From IMG/VR virus record IMGVR_UViG_3300002462_000001: 64,000 nt of DNA, one strand, 5' to 3'. The notes beneath the pieces were generated by a model. That model saw nothing but the letters and a program-made list of their open reading frames with translations, ran no database searches and had not been told where the DNA came from. The position numbers and the translations under genes were made by a program. The stretch is from a virus. This document shows positions 46,886 through 56,482 of the stretch, one piece after another. How positions within the stretch are numbered: the stretch's first letter is position 1; each line of letters begins with the position of its first letter.

Positions 46886-48526
46886 CTACACCCAAGGCGG
46901 CTGATCCATCGCCGCAGCAAGTTCAGTTGCGAGCTGCGGTCGACCATACTGGTCCAGAATCAGATTACCCTCGTAGTCAGTAGCATAACCATCATCATTT
47001 TCATAGATCTCGGAAATCGGCTCACTAACTGCCGCTGCTTTCGCATCAGCCATGTTAGGGAACGGATTCGTATAGGCCGGCGGTGCAGGCGCTTGCTGTA
47101 CTGGCGGCTGAACTGGCATCTGCTGAGGCGGTGTATAACCCTGCGTAGCGTGCGGTGGCTGGTACGGGTGCGGGGGCGGCATTGTTGCGCCATGATGTAC
47201 TATTTGCTGCACGGCATGACCGTGTTGCTGAGCCTGCTGACCGTAATCGAACTGTTGTTGCTGCGATACAGGCGGCGGCTGTACAACCTGATGATGGGTC
47301 GGCGCACCGGTAAAGATGCTGGAATCATAAATAAACTTCTGCGGAGTTGCTCCAAAAATGGATTTAATCTCCGGTTCATCGAGGTACTGCTCGTAGTCAG
47401 TCTGCTTGAACGCCAAATCAAAGATGGCTTTTGCGTCTGAAAACGCGGCTGCCAGTTCTTTAATCATGGTGAAATCATCCATACGGCGTACCGTCTCGCC
47501 TACGTGCATCGGCACCTTATCAAAATACTCTTTAGTAGGTGTCTTCTGCGGAGTCAACATATACGGTGGCAGTTTGAACTGCCCGCCGATTATATTGCCG
47601 CTGCCGTTCACATCAAAGAGTTGACCGGCAACAGTACCGCTCATACCGTCGATTTTCGTAGTCGACACAACACCCGGAACCGGACTATTCGGATTGGTTT
47701 TATGCGCCCATGCGTAGAATACTGCCAGTTGGTCAGGATTACACACATCGGGATATAGCCAATTACCATCAGGTGTTCGGGTGTTCATAACCTTCACAAG
47801 ATCAGACCATACCTGGGTACTTATAGCAAGAACGGTCAGTTTTTCATTTGCGGCTATACCCTTACCAATTGTTGCTGGATTATAATAAATCTCCTGAACA
47901 TTAGTCGGGGTTTTGGTTTCCCTATTGTAGGTATTCTTTACCGCCGCCAACATAATACTTATCATTAAGAAGTACGTCTTAATCGGAGGAAGATACATAC
48001 CGCGAAATTTACCGCCCTTCTTATCGCCTTCAAGCAAATACCACCAAGGACTGGCTTCAGAGAATTTTCTGTCTCTGTTCATACTCGCCACAAAGTGGTA
48101 CAGCGTAGCATAGGGACTGCTGATGAACTCTTCTGAAGTATCGGCGTCCTCTTTATAGGGGCAGAAAGTAATAACCTTCTGCATATCGGTTCCGGCACGC
48201 CTTACCAGCGAAATGCCGTAACTCCACTCATCAAATTGCGTATTATCGCTAAAATATCTCGTGTCACAGAATTTTGCCGGTTCTTGTGATGAAAACATCG
48301 GCATGGGGATCCAGGCAAAAACTCCCGGTACAGTAGTGAGCAGCAAAGGATCATATACTTCAAGAGCTTTGGGATCTATCCACTTATTGGCTCGATCCTG
48401 AAAATTACTATTGGTCTTAGGAGCGGGCGGAACATAGCGCCTAATACTGGGTTTTGGAAGGTTCATCGGCAAAGTTGCCTGAGGTGTTGGTTGTACTTTT
48501 CTAACCGGTGTTTTTGTAATTGCCAT
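46886..48526 (-). CDS. Hypothetical replication protein, SSB-like layout
   Basis: Between polA and helicase; Pro/Gln linker and acidic tail ending DQPPWV. Confidence 0.5.
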   Translation of the reverse strand: MAITKTPVRKVQPTPQATLPMNLPKPSIRRYVPPAPKTNSNFQDRANKWIDPKALEVYDPLLLTTVPGVFAWIPMPMFSSQEPAKFCDTRYFSDNTQFDEWSYGISLVRRAGTDMQKVITFCPYKEDADTSEEFISSPYATLYHFVASMNRDRKFSEASPWWYLLEGDKKGGKFRGMYLPPIKTYFLMISIMLAAVKNTYNRETKTPTNVQEIYYNPATIGKGIAANEKLTVLAISTQVWSDLVKVMNTRTPDGNWLYPDVCNPDQLAVFYAWAHKTNPNSPVPGVVSTTKIDGMSGTVAGQLFDVNGSGNIIGGQFKLPPYMLTPQKTPTKEYFDKVPMHVGETVRRMDDFTMIKELAAAFSDAKAIFDLAFKQTDYEQYLDEPEIKSIFGATPQKFIYDSSIFTGAPTHHQVVQPPPVSQQQQFDYGQQAQQHGHAVQQIVHHGATMPPPHPYQPPHATQGYTPPQQMPVQPPVQQAPAPPAYTNPFPNMADAKAAAVSEPISEIYENDDGYATDYEGNLILDQYGRPQLATELAAAMDQPPWV

Positions 48527-48678
48527 AGTTTATTAAGGTTTGTTAGTGGTTACTGGTTCTTCTATCAAAATTTCTTGCGGTATAACTCTACCAATTTTCA
48601 GAGGTATTGCTGCCGAGTCAATATAGCCTTCTACAAGCTGACCTATTTTATCAGGATATGCCAGCGACATGAAATCAT

Positions 48679-50184
48679 CAGAAATAGTAGCTGCGGAAAC
48701 CTGTATCTTTAGATTCAGGAGGAGCAGCGTTCTGTTAAAATTGTTGTACTTTTCTTAATCAGTTTTAGTTTCTTATACGAAATGCCGGCACTAACTTTTG
48801 TCCCGTCTAATAATCGCACATCAAAACTACCGGAAGACCGTCTTCCGAATATAAAACATTCTTGTCCTTGATATTTAACCATATCAAACAACCGAAAACC
48901 AAAGACATATTTCTCCGCCTTGTTAGATTTTCTGTAACCGCCCTTGGCTATTGTACATTTGTGCAACTGTCTATTATTAGCCCTGACAAACTTAATCAGG
49001 TAAGGCTTTGTCAAAACAGTCGGCATATTACCTTCAATACACCGAGCATCATTGACATGAGATTTCTCTAAACCAGCCTGTTGCCTGTGAAATTTCGTAA
49101 TATACCCAAAGGTTTCTTGAGCATAAGGATATATTTCTTTCAATTCCCTCAACAGTGTGGGTCTCATCACGGTCATTTGTGTTGCATCACGGAACGATTG
49201 CCCTCTTTTCTTTTTGAGTTGTTTCGTTCCATTATGAACACCATCATGACATTCCAAGCATAGAGTAACAAGGTTGTTCGGTGCATTTCCGCCTGTCTTA
49301 CGACTTTCGATATGATGTACATGAAGTTTTATCTTGCCCTTGCCGCACACCTGACACTTGTGCCCGTCTCTCACTAAAACATACTCCTTGACGTTTTGAT
49401 AGCCTAACTGGTCTCCCATCTGATAGTCAATGCCGGATATTTCAGGATTGTTAATTTTCTGGCTGTCAAACTGTGCTGTTTCAACGATGATTTTACTAAT
49501 GGGTAAAATCTTATGTAACTTTGCAATTACCCTCTTATGGGCTTCGACCTTCCATCTAACAGACGGAGGAAGCCAACCTTCTGGTTTTTTACGGTTTTGC
49601 CACCGTGCCTTCCGGTAACGAGTTTTTCTGTTCCTGCGTGAACGACGAAGTTCCCGCCTTGTTGACAACAAATCTACAATATCCGCCCTCAACTGAACTG
49701 TAGCTGCATAAACTTCTTTCTCTCCTGTGGTTACCGATAATCCAACAAACTTACTCCCTGCATCTACCGAGCAGGTACATTCCTGTACATACTCGGTAGA
49801 ATCGTAACATAACCGGATTGTGAACGGTGAGCGGGAAATAACTTTCGCCCTGCCGTCTCGTAACGCCCTTCGCACCCAACCATTTCTAGCGGTGGGCATC
49901 AAAGATGTTCCAGATTTGCTCAAAACATAAACTAACATAATTGTAAATCTCCTTACGGAGTTAGGTGTTCTTCGATAATGTTGAAAAGGGTTTAATGTTT
50001 ATGGCACCGTTCTTACCCATTGGAACTTTTAACCGTAAACCGTAGTGTTCAGGACTAGAACAAGCATCCTGAAGTACCTATTTATTCCTAATCAACGTAG
50101 TTGTCTCCCGGACAAACCGGGCGTTAAACTTAATCTAGTAAACAAGGGCTAAAAGCCCCACGCTTTAGCGTGTGGGTTGTTTAC
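48679..50184 (-). mobile_element. IS200/IS605-superfamily IscB element (1506 bp)
   Basis: 5' end GTAAACAACCCACACGCTAAAGCGTGGGGC; 3' hairpin CCTGAATC-TAAA-GATACAGG-TTTCCGCAGC; flanked by ATGA. Confidence 0.9.
48715..49938 (-). CDS. iscB: RNA-guided endonuclease IscB
   Basis: PLMP-like LMPT, VDAG, Arg-rich bridge helix, ETAQFD, HNH (HVHHI..NLVTLC..CH), SHVNDA. Confidence 0.96.
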   Translation of the reverse strand: MLVYVLSKSGTSLMPTARNGWVRRALRDGRAKVISRSPFTIRLCYDSTEYVQECTCSVDAGSKFVGLSVTTGEKEVYAATVQLRADIVDLLSTRRELRRSRRNRKTRYRKARWQNRKKPEGWLPPSVRWKVEAHKRVIAKLHKILPISKIIVETAQFDSQKINNPEISGIDYQMGDQLGYQNVKEYVLVRDGHKCQVCGKGKIKLHVHHIESRKTGGNAPNNLVTLCLECHDGVHNGTKQLKKKRGQSFRDATQMTVMRPTLLRELKEIYPYAQETFGYITKFHRQQAGLEKSHVNDARCIEGNMPTVLTKPYLIKFVRANNRQLHKCTIAKGGYRKSNKAEKYVFGFRLFDMVKYQGQECFIFGRRSSGSFDVRLLDGTKVSAGISYKKLKLIKKSTTILTERCSS

Positions 50185-50200
50185 TTTCTACTGTGTAGTT
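49939..50200 (-). ncRNA. omegaRNA (scaffold 50184-49939 plus ~16 nt 5' guide from the flank)
   Basis: Typical motifs ACTACGTT, ATAGGTAC..GGATGC..CTAGTCC, GGTTAAA, AAACC, AACATTATCGAAG. Confidence 0.85.
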
Positions 50201-53200
50201 GAAGTGCATAGTTCTCGCCAATTTTTCAATCCTTCGCTGTATTTGAAACCTACCGATACATCGATACCCATAGAGTACGGGCCTCTGTTTGTAATAACGT
50301 TACCGCGCAGGTCACGGGCATACACCTGCGCCCCCTGTACCATACATGCCGGTAATACTGTATCTACAATATGCGGTACATGCTTGTACGGAGCGCACAA
50401 AAGCACTTCGTCATGCACTTGCAAGCAGAGTTCATATTCGTCTTCGTGTTCAAATCGCCACTTGTACAGGTTTGTAAGCGCCATACGCATGGCCTCGGCT
50501 ACAAAGTTCTGTTCTGGAAAATTCTTAAATATACGCTCAAGGTCAGCATATTTATCGTCAGGCATATGACCGCACCTGGGTATTCTCCTAGGCCTGCCGC
50601 ATACGCCGATAATGTATCCCGGATTTCTCACAGAAACTGCGGCCTCAGACAGAAACTTCATAGCCCTTGGGTAAGTTAAAGCAACCGATTCAATGATTTT
50701 CCTTGCCTCTTCAACCGAAATAAACACATGTTCTTCACGTACCGCTTCTGCAATTGCTGCAGCACCGCGGCCATACATCATGCCGAATATCACAGACTTG
50801 GCGACTATTCTAAGATGCTCCTTACCGATACTTTCAAGACCGGTTTTTGTAGGCTCGCAGTCCAATCTAAACGCAGAAACCGCTATCTGACTGTGAATGT
50901 CGTAGAAGTTCGGATCATCCTCCGGCAACTGATTACGCTGAACATGTTCAAGCATTTTCTCGTCACCGGATAGTACGGCACAGGCAAATAACTCAGCACC
51001 AAGGAAGTCAGCGGCAATTAGCATATGCCCTTCCGGTGCAGTAAGAATACTCCGCAGCGGAGCGATGTATTTATCGCCTACAATTTTTTTGTAATCTTTT
51101 TCACGCCGTTTACTGATGTTCTGCATAGCAGGACGGGCTGAAGCAGCCCGCCCAGTATCCAAAGTACAGTATAAGTGCGTTCTTAGTTTACCGTCGTCAC
51201 AAATATATGATGACAATCCTCGCTCTATTTCAGTACCATCGTCACTCGTGACACTGCCTTTAAGCACGTAACTCAAAGCCTTATTCAGGAGTTTGAGACT
51301 GCGAAGGTTGGTTAATATGTTAGCCCGAAATTTTGCAAGTTCATCACCTTTTTCTTCATATATCTGATTGTACTTGTATGCCAGCATTGACAGTGAACGT
51401 GACCCACACGAAGGAGTTGGCGTATTATTTGGGTCCGCTGTGGCTTTATCCCAAGGTTTATCGTCTGTTGTGTACAGCGGCGTAAGTTTAAGAGTAACGG
51501 CACCCTCAGGACGCAAACAATCACTTTTCTTGACTTTCTTGTTATCCGTCGTTTTAGGTACTGTCTTTTTGGCTCCGTTATACTTCTCTCCAAAAAGCAA
51601 TTCACGTAACTGATACGACGAGTTGACGTTCAGCCCTTTCCACAGCGTATCACGCTCCAACTGCCCATGTAAACGCTTAGCTTCTTTAGAGTATAAGTTC
51701 ATTAGGTCGTCTAAGCGTCCTCGGTCCACCAGTAATCCAGTACAGTTCATTTCCAGAAACGCAGGCCACTGCTGCATACTGTTGCTGAACGCTTCCCAGC
51801 AGTCTAGCCCGTACGGATCCTTGTACAAATGCTCCATATAGAATAGGGCTAGTCTGCGGGTCACGTCAGCGTCATAACAGCCGTAATAGATAATCGTTTC
51901 ATCAGGGCATGCTCCAAATCCGCTAAGTTCTTTCTCTTTTATCTTGTGTAACTTACAGTAGTCTTTCTTCCATTGCGTAATTACGCTGTCGTAACGCGGT
52001 ACACTGGGAAGTCTGAGCATATACTGCCCAGTTAAACTATGGTCATCCGTTTCACAGTATGCATGTGCTGCAATAGCCGTATCGAATAAACACGGCTGAC
52101 CTTCTTTGATATACTGTTTGTACTCGGCAGCACTTGTAGGAATATACGGAAGGTCGTGTATCTGCGGTATAAATCCTTCACCGACGAGTGCTTCCACGTC
52201 GGAGTCCAGATAGTGTCCGCAAATAGTGTGATTCATCCAAATGTCATAAAAGTCATACTTGATTTCCGCCAGTTCCTCTTCAGTGAATAGCGGCGTACCA
52301 AAAGCATTTCTGACAACTAGAGCTGCTGCTGTATTAGGTTTCCAACTGAACTGTATTGTTCGTATCCAGAAGTCCGCATTTTGAGGGTGCTGACCGCTCC
52401 ATTCAGCGTCTATTGCCAGAATACCGTCTACACACTCTTCCTTTAACGTTTCCTTAAACTGCCGCCACTCGTCAATTGTCCTAATTTCTAAATGATTATA
52501 AGTCTCTGTAAGAGTGATGTCATTTAGTAGATTTACGAACATTTGAAAGGCGGTTTTGTATCTCGCCATTTCAGAAGCGTCGGATGATCTTACCACTGCC
52601 TGCGGTGCTGTACACGCCACACATTTTGCAATGCGGTCATGTCCGTTAGCATCAACATAAGGATATTCTAATACAGTGCCGGTTAAATTAGTAATTTTGG
52701 CTTTATGCCCAAATAAGGATTTCACAGCCTCAGCACCAAAGACCAAAATATACGACGGACCGACTAAAGACACCTCGTGTTTCAGAAGTGGAAACGCCTC
52801 TGTAAGCCAAGTCGCCTTTAAGCGTGAACCTTTGGTCTCATCTTCCGGGTGTAACGTCTTGAATAAATACGTTACATACCAGGTAGCCGGATCTGCGCCC
52901 AACTCTATTGCTGTATCGTAGAAAAACCTACCAGCAGGGGTATCAGGACTGAAACACCGTGTTACAGAGTTTGGGCGGTCCTTCGTCTCATAGTCCCAGG
53001 GACGCGGTAGTTTACCTACTACCATCACAGGAGCCGGTGTCGGTCCTCTGAGTTGAGGCGCGGCATAGATATGCCCGGCGCAGATTGGCATGTCGATAAG
53101 ATCGTTCGGCTGAACGCCTATCTGCCAAGGAAGATATTCTACCGCACCAGTTAAGATTGCCTTGACACATTGCTGCTCGTCGGCATAGTTCGGAAGAACG

Positions 53201-53247
53201 TGTGTAGCAAATACTGGACCAAGAATATCGGTTTCATTTTTTATCAT
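50188..53247 (-). CDS. polA: Family A DNA polymerase with N-terminal uracil-DNA-glycosylase-like and 3'-5' exonuclease domains
   Basis: IDAE exonuclease, YDAD, ADFLGAE (motif A), RIVAKSVIFGMMYG (B), VHDE (C); UDG-like YVTYLFK..ILVFGAEAVK. Confidence 0.93.
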   Translation of the reverse strand: MIKNETDILGPVFATHVLPNYADEQQCVKAILTGAVEYLPWQIGVQPNDLIDMPICAGHIYAAPQLRGPTPAPVMVVGKLPRPWDYETKDRPNSVTRCFSPDTPAGRFFYDTAIELGADPATWYVTYLFKTLHPEDETKGSRLKATWLTEAFPLLKHEVSLVGPSYILVFGAEAVKSLFGHKAKITNLTGTVLEYPYVDANGHDRIAKCVACTAPQAVVRSSDASEMARYKTAFQMFVNLLNDITLTETYNHLEIRTIDEWRQFKETLKEECVDGILAIDAEWSGQHPQNADFWIRTIQFSWKPNTAAALVVRNAFGTPLFTEEELAEIKYDFYDIWMNHTICGHYLDSDVEALVGEGFIPQIHDLPYIPTSAAEYKQYIKEGQPCLFDTAIAAHAYCETDDHSLTGQYMLRLPSVPRYDSVITQWKKDYCKLHKIKEKELSGFGACPDETIIYYGCYDADVTRRLALFYMEHLYKDPYGLDCWEAFSNSMQQWPAFLEMNCTGLLVDRGRLDDLMNLYSKEAKRLHGQLERDTLWKGLNVNSSYQLRELLFGEKYNGAKKTVPKTTDNKKVKKSDCLRPEGAVTLKLTPLYTTDDKPWDKATADPNNTPTPSCGSRSLSMLAYKYNQIYEEKGDELAKFRANILTNLRSLKLLNKALSYVLKGSVTSDDGTEIERGLSSYICDDGKLRTHLYCTLDTGRAASARPAMQNISKRREKDYKKIVGDKYIAPLRSILTAPEGHMLIAADFLGAELFACAVLSGDEKMLEHVQRNQLPEDDPNFYDIHSQIAVSAFRLDCEPTKTGLESIGKEHLRIVAKSVIFGMMYGRGAAAIAEAVREEHVFISVEEARKIIESVALTYPRAMKFLSEAAVSVRNPGYIIGVCGRPRRIPRCGHMPDDKYADLERIFKNFPEQNFVAEAMRMALTNLYKWRFEHEDEYELCLQVHDEVLLCAPYKHVPHIVDTVLPACMVQGAQVYARDLRGNVITNRGPYSMGIDVSVGFKYSEGLKNWRELCTSTTQ

Positions 53248-53830
53248 TTTTATTATTAGGATAAACTCTCTTCATAATTTTACGTAGAGACTCCCCATTA
53301 TACGCCCATAATTCACACGCTAGGGCCGTCTTGCGATGCGGAAGGTATACTGGGATCAATATCTTTGACAAACATGTCAGTGTAGTGATCTGTCGGCGAT
53401 ACATTACCTTTCGTTTATCACATACCTTCACAGTGATAGTCGGGTCAGGGCGAAATTGCAGTTCGGCACCGAGAGGTATCCCTAACTCCTCAAATATAAA
53501 GAATTTACGCATACGTCGGGGTTTAGTCAGAGTACCTCTTTTACCGCGGTCAGCCTGCGGACGCATAGTATATCCGCTAATTTTACTGTGCACTGGAGCA
53601 GCAACTGGTGCCGTTTTCTGTACTTTATTTTTAGCACTCCATACAAGACGTAGGTCTTTTGGCGATTTCACATACTCAATTACTCGATCTATAGCGGCAT
53701 CATGCCCATTCACGTAAGCTTGATTTACACTATTATGCACCAAACTTAGAAATTCCTTAGTGACACTATCAATCTTGGCTAAAATTTCACTTTGTGTAGT
53801 ATTAGTAGTATTTGTGTTTTCTTTTTTCAT
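53234..53830 (-). CDS. Protein with C-terminal RAMA/DUF4357-like domain
   Basis: FEELGIPLGAELQF..KVMY..TLTCLS..WAYNGESL. Confidence 0.6.
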   Translation of the reverse strand: MKKENTNTTNTTQSEILAKIDSVTKEFLSLVHNSVNQAYVNGHDAAIDRVIEYVKSPKDLRLVWSAKNKVQKTAPVAAPVHSKISGYTMRPQADRGKRGTLTKPRRMRKFFIFEELGIPLGAELQFRPDPTITVKVCDKRKVMYRRQITTLTCLSKILIPVYLPHRKTALACELWAYNGESLRKIMKRVYPNNKNDKK

Positions 53831-54273
53831 ATCAGCAAATTTTTATTAAAAGTTTCTGTTAGCGATTCGCAAATTTGAGATTTTCCATCACAGTAATAGC
53901 GTCTGAATTTTACGCCGGTTTCTAAATGCTCAACGTCGAGCTGATACACAAACCGCCTGATATTGCTAGAAACGGTTAACAGGTCTGCGTGATAATTTAA
54001 CCATGCCTCGGTTGTGCGGGTGTAATCAGGCGGTTCAGAAACTTTATTCGCTGCATCATCGTTATCGTCATCAGAGCTGCCATTAGTCACTTGCTGCTCA
54101 AACAGCTTGGTGGATAAGTAGCTTGAACATAATTTTTCCCAGAAGTTCGTCAAATCCTTTTCGATTTTATGTATTCGACGTGCAGTTACTTTATCGGGCT
54201 TAGTATTAAAATCAGGTAAATCACTTTTTGGAATCAATGTTAGCGTTACTTTTTCAGTTACGTATGTTTGCAT
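53827..54273 (-). CDS. Hypothetical protein
   Basis: ATGA-coupled ORF. Confidence 0.6.
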   Translation of the reverse strand: MQTYVTEKVTLTLIPKSDLPDFNTKPDKVTARRIHKIEKDLTNFWEKLCSSYLSTKLFEQQVTNGSSDDDNDDAANKVSEPPDYTRTTEAWLNYHADLLTVSSNIRRFVYQLDVEHLETGVKFRRYYCDGKSQICESLTETFNKNLLI

Positions 54274-54278
54274 GCTTT

Positions 54279-54710
54279 TTAATTGTTTGAAGTTGCTGGT
54301 TCGGGCACTAGACGGCCGTGTTTTTGTACTGCAAAATAGGCAGTAGAATATAGCCCCTGAACAGCTTCTTTACGAAGCTGCGATTCATAGGTTGATAAAT
54401 CTGCTTGCCCGATATCCAGTACGTGCAAATAAGTACATATAATTTGCGGAATTACCGCTAAAGTTTCTGCAATATCGCTATCACGCGTAGAGCATATAGC
54501 CTGTCCGTCTTTATTAGCAATAACGTAAACTTTTGTAGTAGCCGTGCCGCTTTCTTTAATTGACCACGGACCGCCTACCTTTTCAAACTGAGACCGCAAG
54601 TAACTGTCAAATGCGTCATCTTTTTTAGAGGTTTTCTCTTTTGTATGAGCAATTTTAAGTTTGTTACCTGGTACTTGCGGTTTCGCTTTCTTAGTGCGTT
54701 TGCGTTTCAT
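54279..54710 (-). CDS. Hypothetical protein with basic N-terminus
   Basis: ORF track. Confidence 0.6.
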   Translation of the reverse strand: MKRKRTKKAKPQVPGNKLKIAHTKEKTSKKDDAFDSYLRSQFEKVGGPWSIKESGTATTKVYVIANKDGQAICSTRDSDIAETLAVIPQIICTYLHVLDIGQADLSTYESQLRKEAVQGLYSTAYFAVQKHGRLVPEPATSNN

Positions 54711-55218
54711 TTAAAGCGGCAGCAGCCATGTTCACAACGAACATAATAGCGTCGTTGGTATAGGGCTCTCCTGCCAAATGAATACCTGTTACATCCAGAT
54801 CAAGTTCAGCTGGGCACACAGTGCAGTCCGTTAGTCCTGATTTACGGATTACCATGACGATGGTTTTATCCAGATCAATGTCCGTTAATCTTATATTGCC
54901 TTCGTCGCGGACTAAACTCCTGTAAGCCTGCTCAACTAAGTGAGAATTGGCATCATTATATCGAACCTCTAATCTACCGCGGTGATCAAGATAAACCGGC
55001 AGCAATTTATAGCCGGGCGGCAAATACCAGCCCCAAACAAAGTTATCTTTTAGAACAACAACTGCGCTTGTTTTTTCGTTAAACCGCGTGTTGATTGTCA
55101 CGTTTTTACGATATACGTAATAGTCAGATCGTCTTACCGTCTTAGCTGTTTTCTTCACCGCTTTCTTCACTGTTTTCTTCGTAGTCTTCTTGACTGCTTT
55201 CTTCGTTTGTTTTTTCAT
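54691..55218 (-). CDS. Hypothetical protein with histone-like KKxVKK N-terminal tail
   Basis: SD AAGGAG; MKKQTKKAVKKTTKKTVKKAVKK. Confidence 0.65.
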   Translation of the reverse strand: MKKQTKKAVKKTTKKTVKKAVKKTAKTVRRSDYYVYRKNVTINTRFNEKTSAVVVLKDNFVWGWYLPPGYKLLPVYLDHRGRLEVRYNDANSHLVEQAYRSLVRDEGNIRLTDIDLDKTIVMVIRKSGLTDCTVCPAELDLDVTGIHLAGEPYTNDAIMFVVNMAAAALNETQTH

Positions 55219-56482
55219 GGGATCTCCTTGAAAGAATGAGGGCTCTTTGTTTTTCCTTTAATTTATCGAAGTTTTCTCCTGCTTTGAACTCTTGCCCAAC
55301 ACGAATACTAAGTACCGCACGAACCATGTCCAAGACTTTCTTATTGTCTGGGTGATAAAGCGCTTTACATAGTTCCGCAGGCGGAGCAGCAACCGTAAGT
55401 CCCAAAGGCTTACAAATCACTTTTTTATTATTGGCGTTCATTGGGCCAAGAACGTCTTTGAGTCCTGCAATTTTACGTTTTGCCAGATACTTATTTTCAT
55501 GTGTTGTCAGAAGGTCAAATGCCGACTGTTCCCAGTCGAACCAGATGTGCCGAAGTGATTCAGCTTCCGGTGTGATTTCCTCTTTCCACCACATTGTTAC
55601 CGGCACTTTAGTGCCGGGATCTGTACCCTTCTTTAAGTGAATGAGCAGTTGTCGACCAGCACGACCGGCAAGGTCATGATCGGTGACTTTTGTAAGGCTA
55701 AATGTAGCAAACGCAGCAAAGCCTAACTCACCTGCACCTTTAGCTTCTCTGGTCTTGCCGTACTGACCTTCAACTATCCGCTCATGGCGTACACCGACCA
55801 ATATAATCGGATAGTCAGAGATTTTACTTGTAGCGTAGTTAATATATCGTGCTGCGAGTAGCGCATTTTCAGCATAACCTCGAGCAGCGGTTCCTTCTTT
55901 ATCGATCTTTTTAACTTCGGCGGCTGTAGGAGCGCCGCCGATAGAATCTATACCAATCAGCAGCGGCGTTGTTTTACCGTGCGGTGATTTCCTAAGTAAA
56001 TTCACCATTCCAGTTACTACCATCATCGCTTCCTCAAATGTTTCAGGTGAGGCAAAATTGATCTTAGGCCACATGTCGTAACCGACAATACCTTGTCCAA
56101 GATTCTCAGTAGCCTTATGTTCGGTATCAATAACACACGAAGCTCCGCCGGACTGATCGATCACTTTACACAGGTGCCACATTATACTGGATTTGCAAGT
56201 GCCAGAAAGACCATCCAAACACAAGAAGCGGCCCAGCCCTAACACCGATTCACTGAAACATACTTCCAGTGCAAGATTGTTGAACGGAACCCCTACTAGC
56301 GCCGACCGAAGTCCTGCATCAAACTTAGTAACATCATTACTGCCGCCTTTTTTAGCGGCGTTTTCTACAGCCTTACCGAAAATGTCAGCATAGTTTAGCT
56401 TGCTGCTGGTAAAGTCTATATCTGTATCTACTTTTTTCCTGGTTAATTTTTTAACTGTTTTCTTTGTCGCCTTCTTCGGCAT
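55142..56482 (-). CDS. recA: RecA/UvsX-like recombinase
   Basis: GLSGTCKSS variant Walker A, IDTEH, IGIDSIG, AKGAGELGF. Confidence 0.85.
   Translation of the reverse strand: MPKKATKKTVKKLTRKKVDTDIDFTSSKLNYADIFGKAVENAAKKGGSNDVTKFDAGLRSALVGVPFNNLALEVCFSESVLGLGRFLCLDGLSGTCKSSIMWHLCKVIDQSGGASCVIDTEHKATENLGQGIVGYDMWPKINFASPETFEEAMMVVTGMVNLLRKSPHGKTTPLLIGIDSIGGAPTAAEVKKIDKEGTAARGYAENALLAARYINYATSKISDYPIILVGVRHERIVEGQYGKTREAKGAGELGFAAFATFSLTKVTDHDLAGRAGRQLLIHLKKGTDPGTKVPVTMWWKEEITPEAESLRHIWFDWEQSAFDLLTTHENKYLAKRKIAGLKDVLGPMNANNKKVICKPLGLTVAAPPAELCKALYHPDNKKVLDMVRAVLSIRVGQEFKAGENFDKLKEKQRALILSRRSHEKTNEESSQEDYEENSEESGEENS

Larger units (their letters stand above)
48533..50209 (-). pseudogene. 56 aa gene split by the IscB element (50209-50185 joined to 48678-48533)
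   Basis: Removing 48679-50184 restores MHFNYTVE-N-DFMSLAYPDKIGQLVEGYIDSAAIPLKIGRVIPQEILIEEPVTTNKP*. Confidence 0.75.

Noticed and set aside
29027-50184. IStron or group I intron association of the TnpB and IscB elements
   Set aside because: No room or P-element motifs for a ribozyme core within either element's boundaries.
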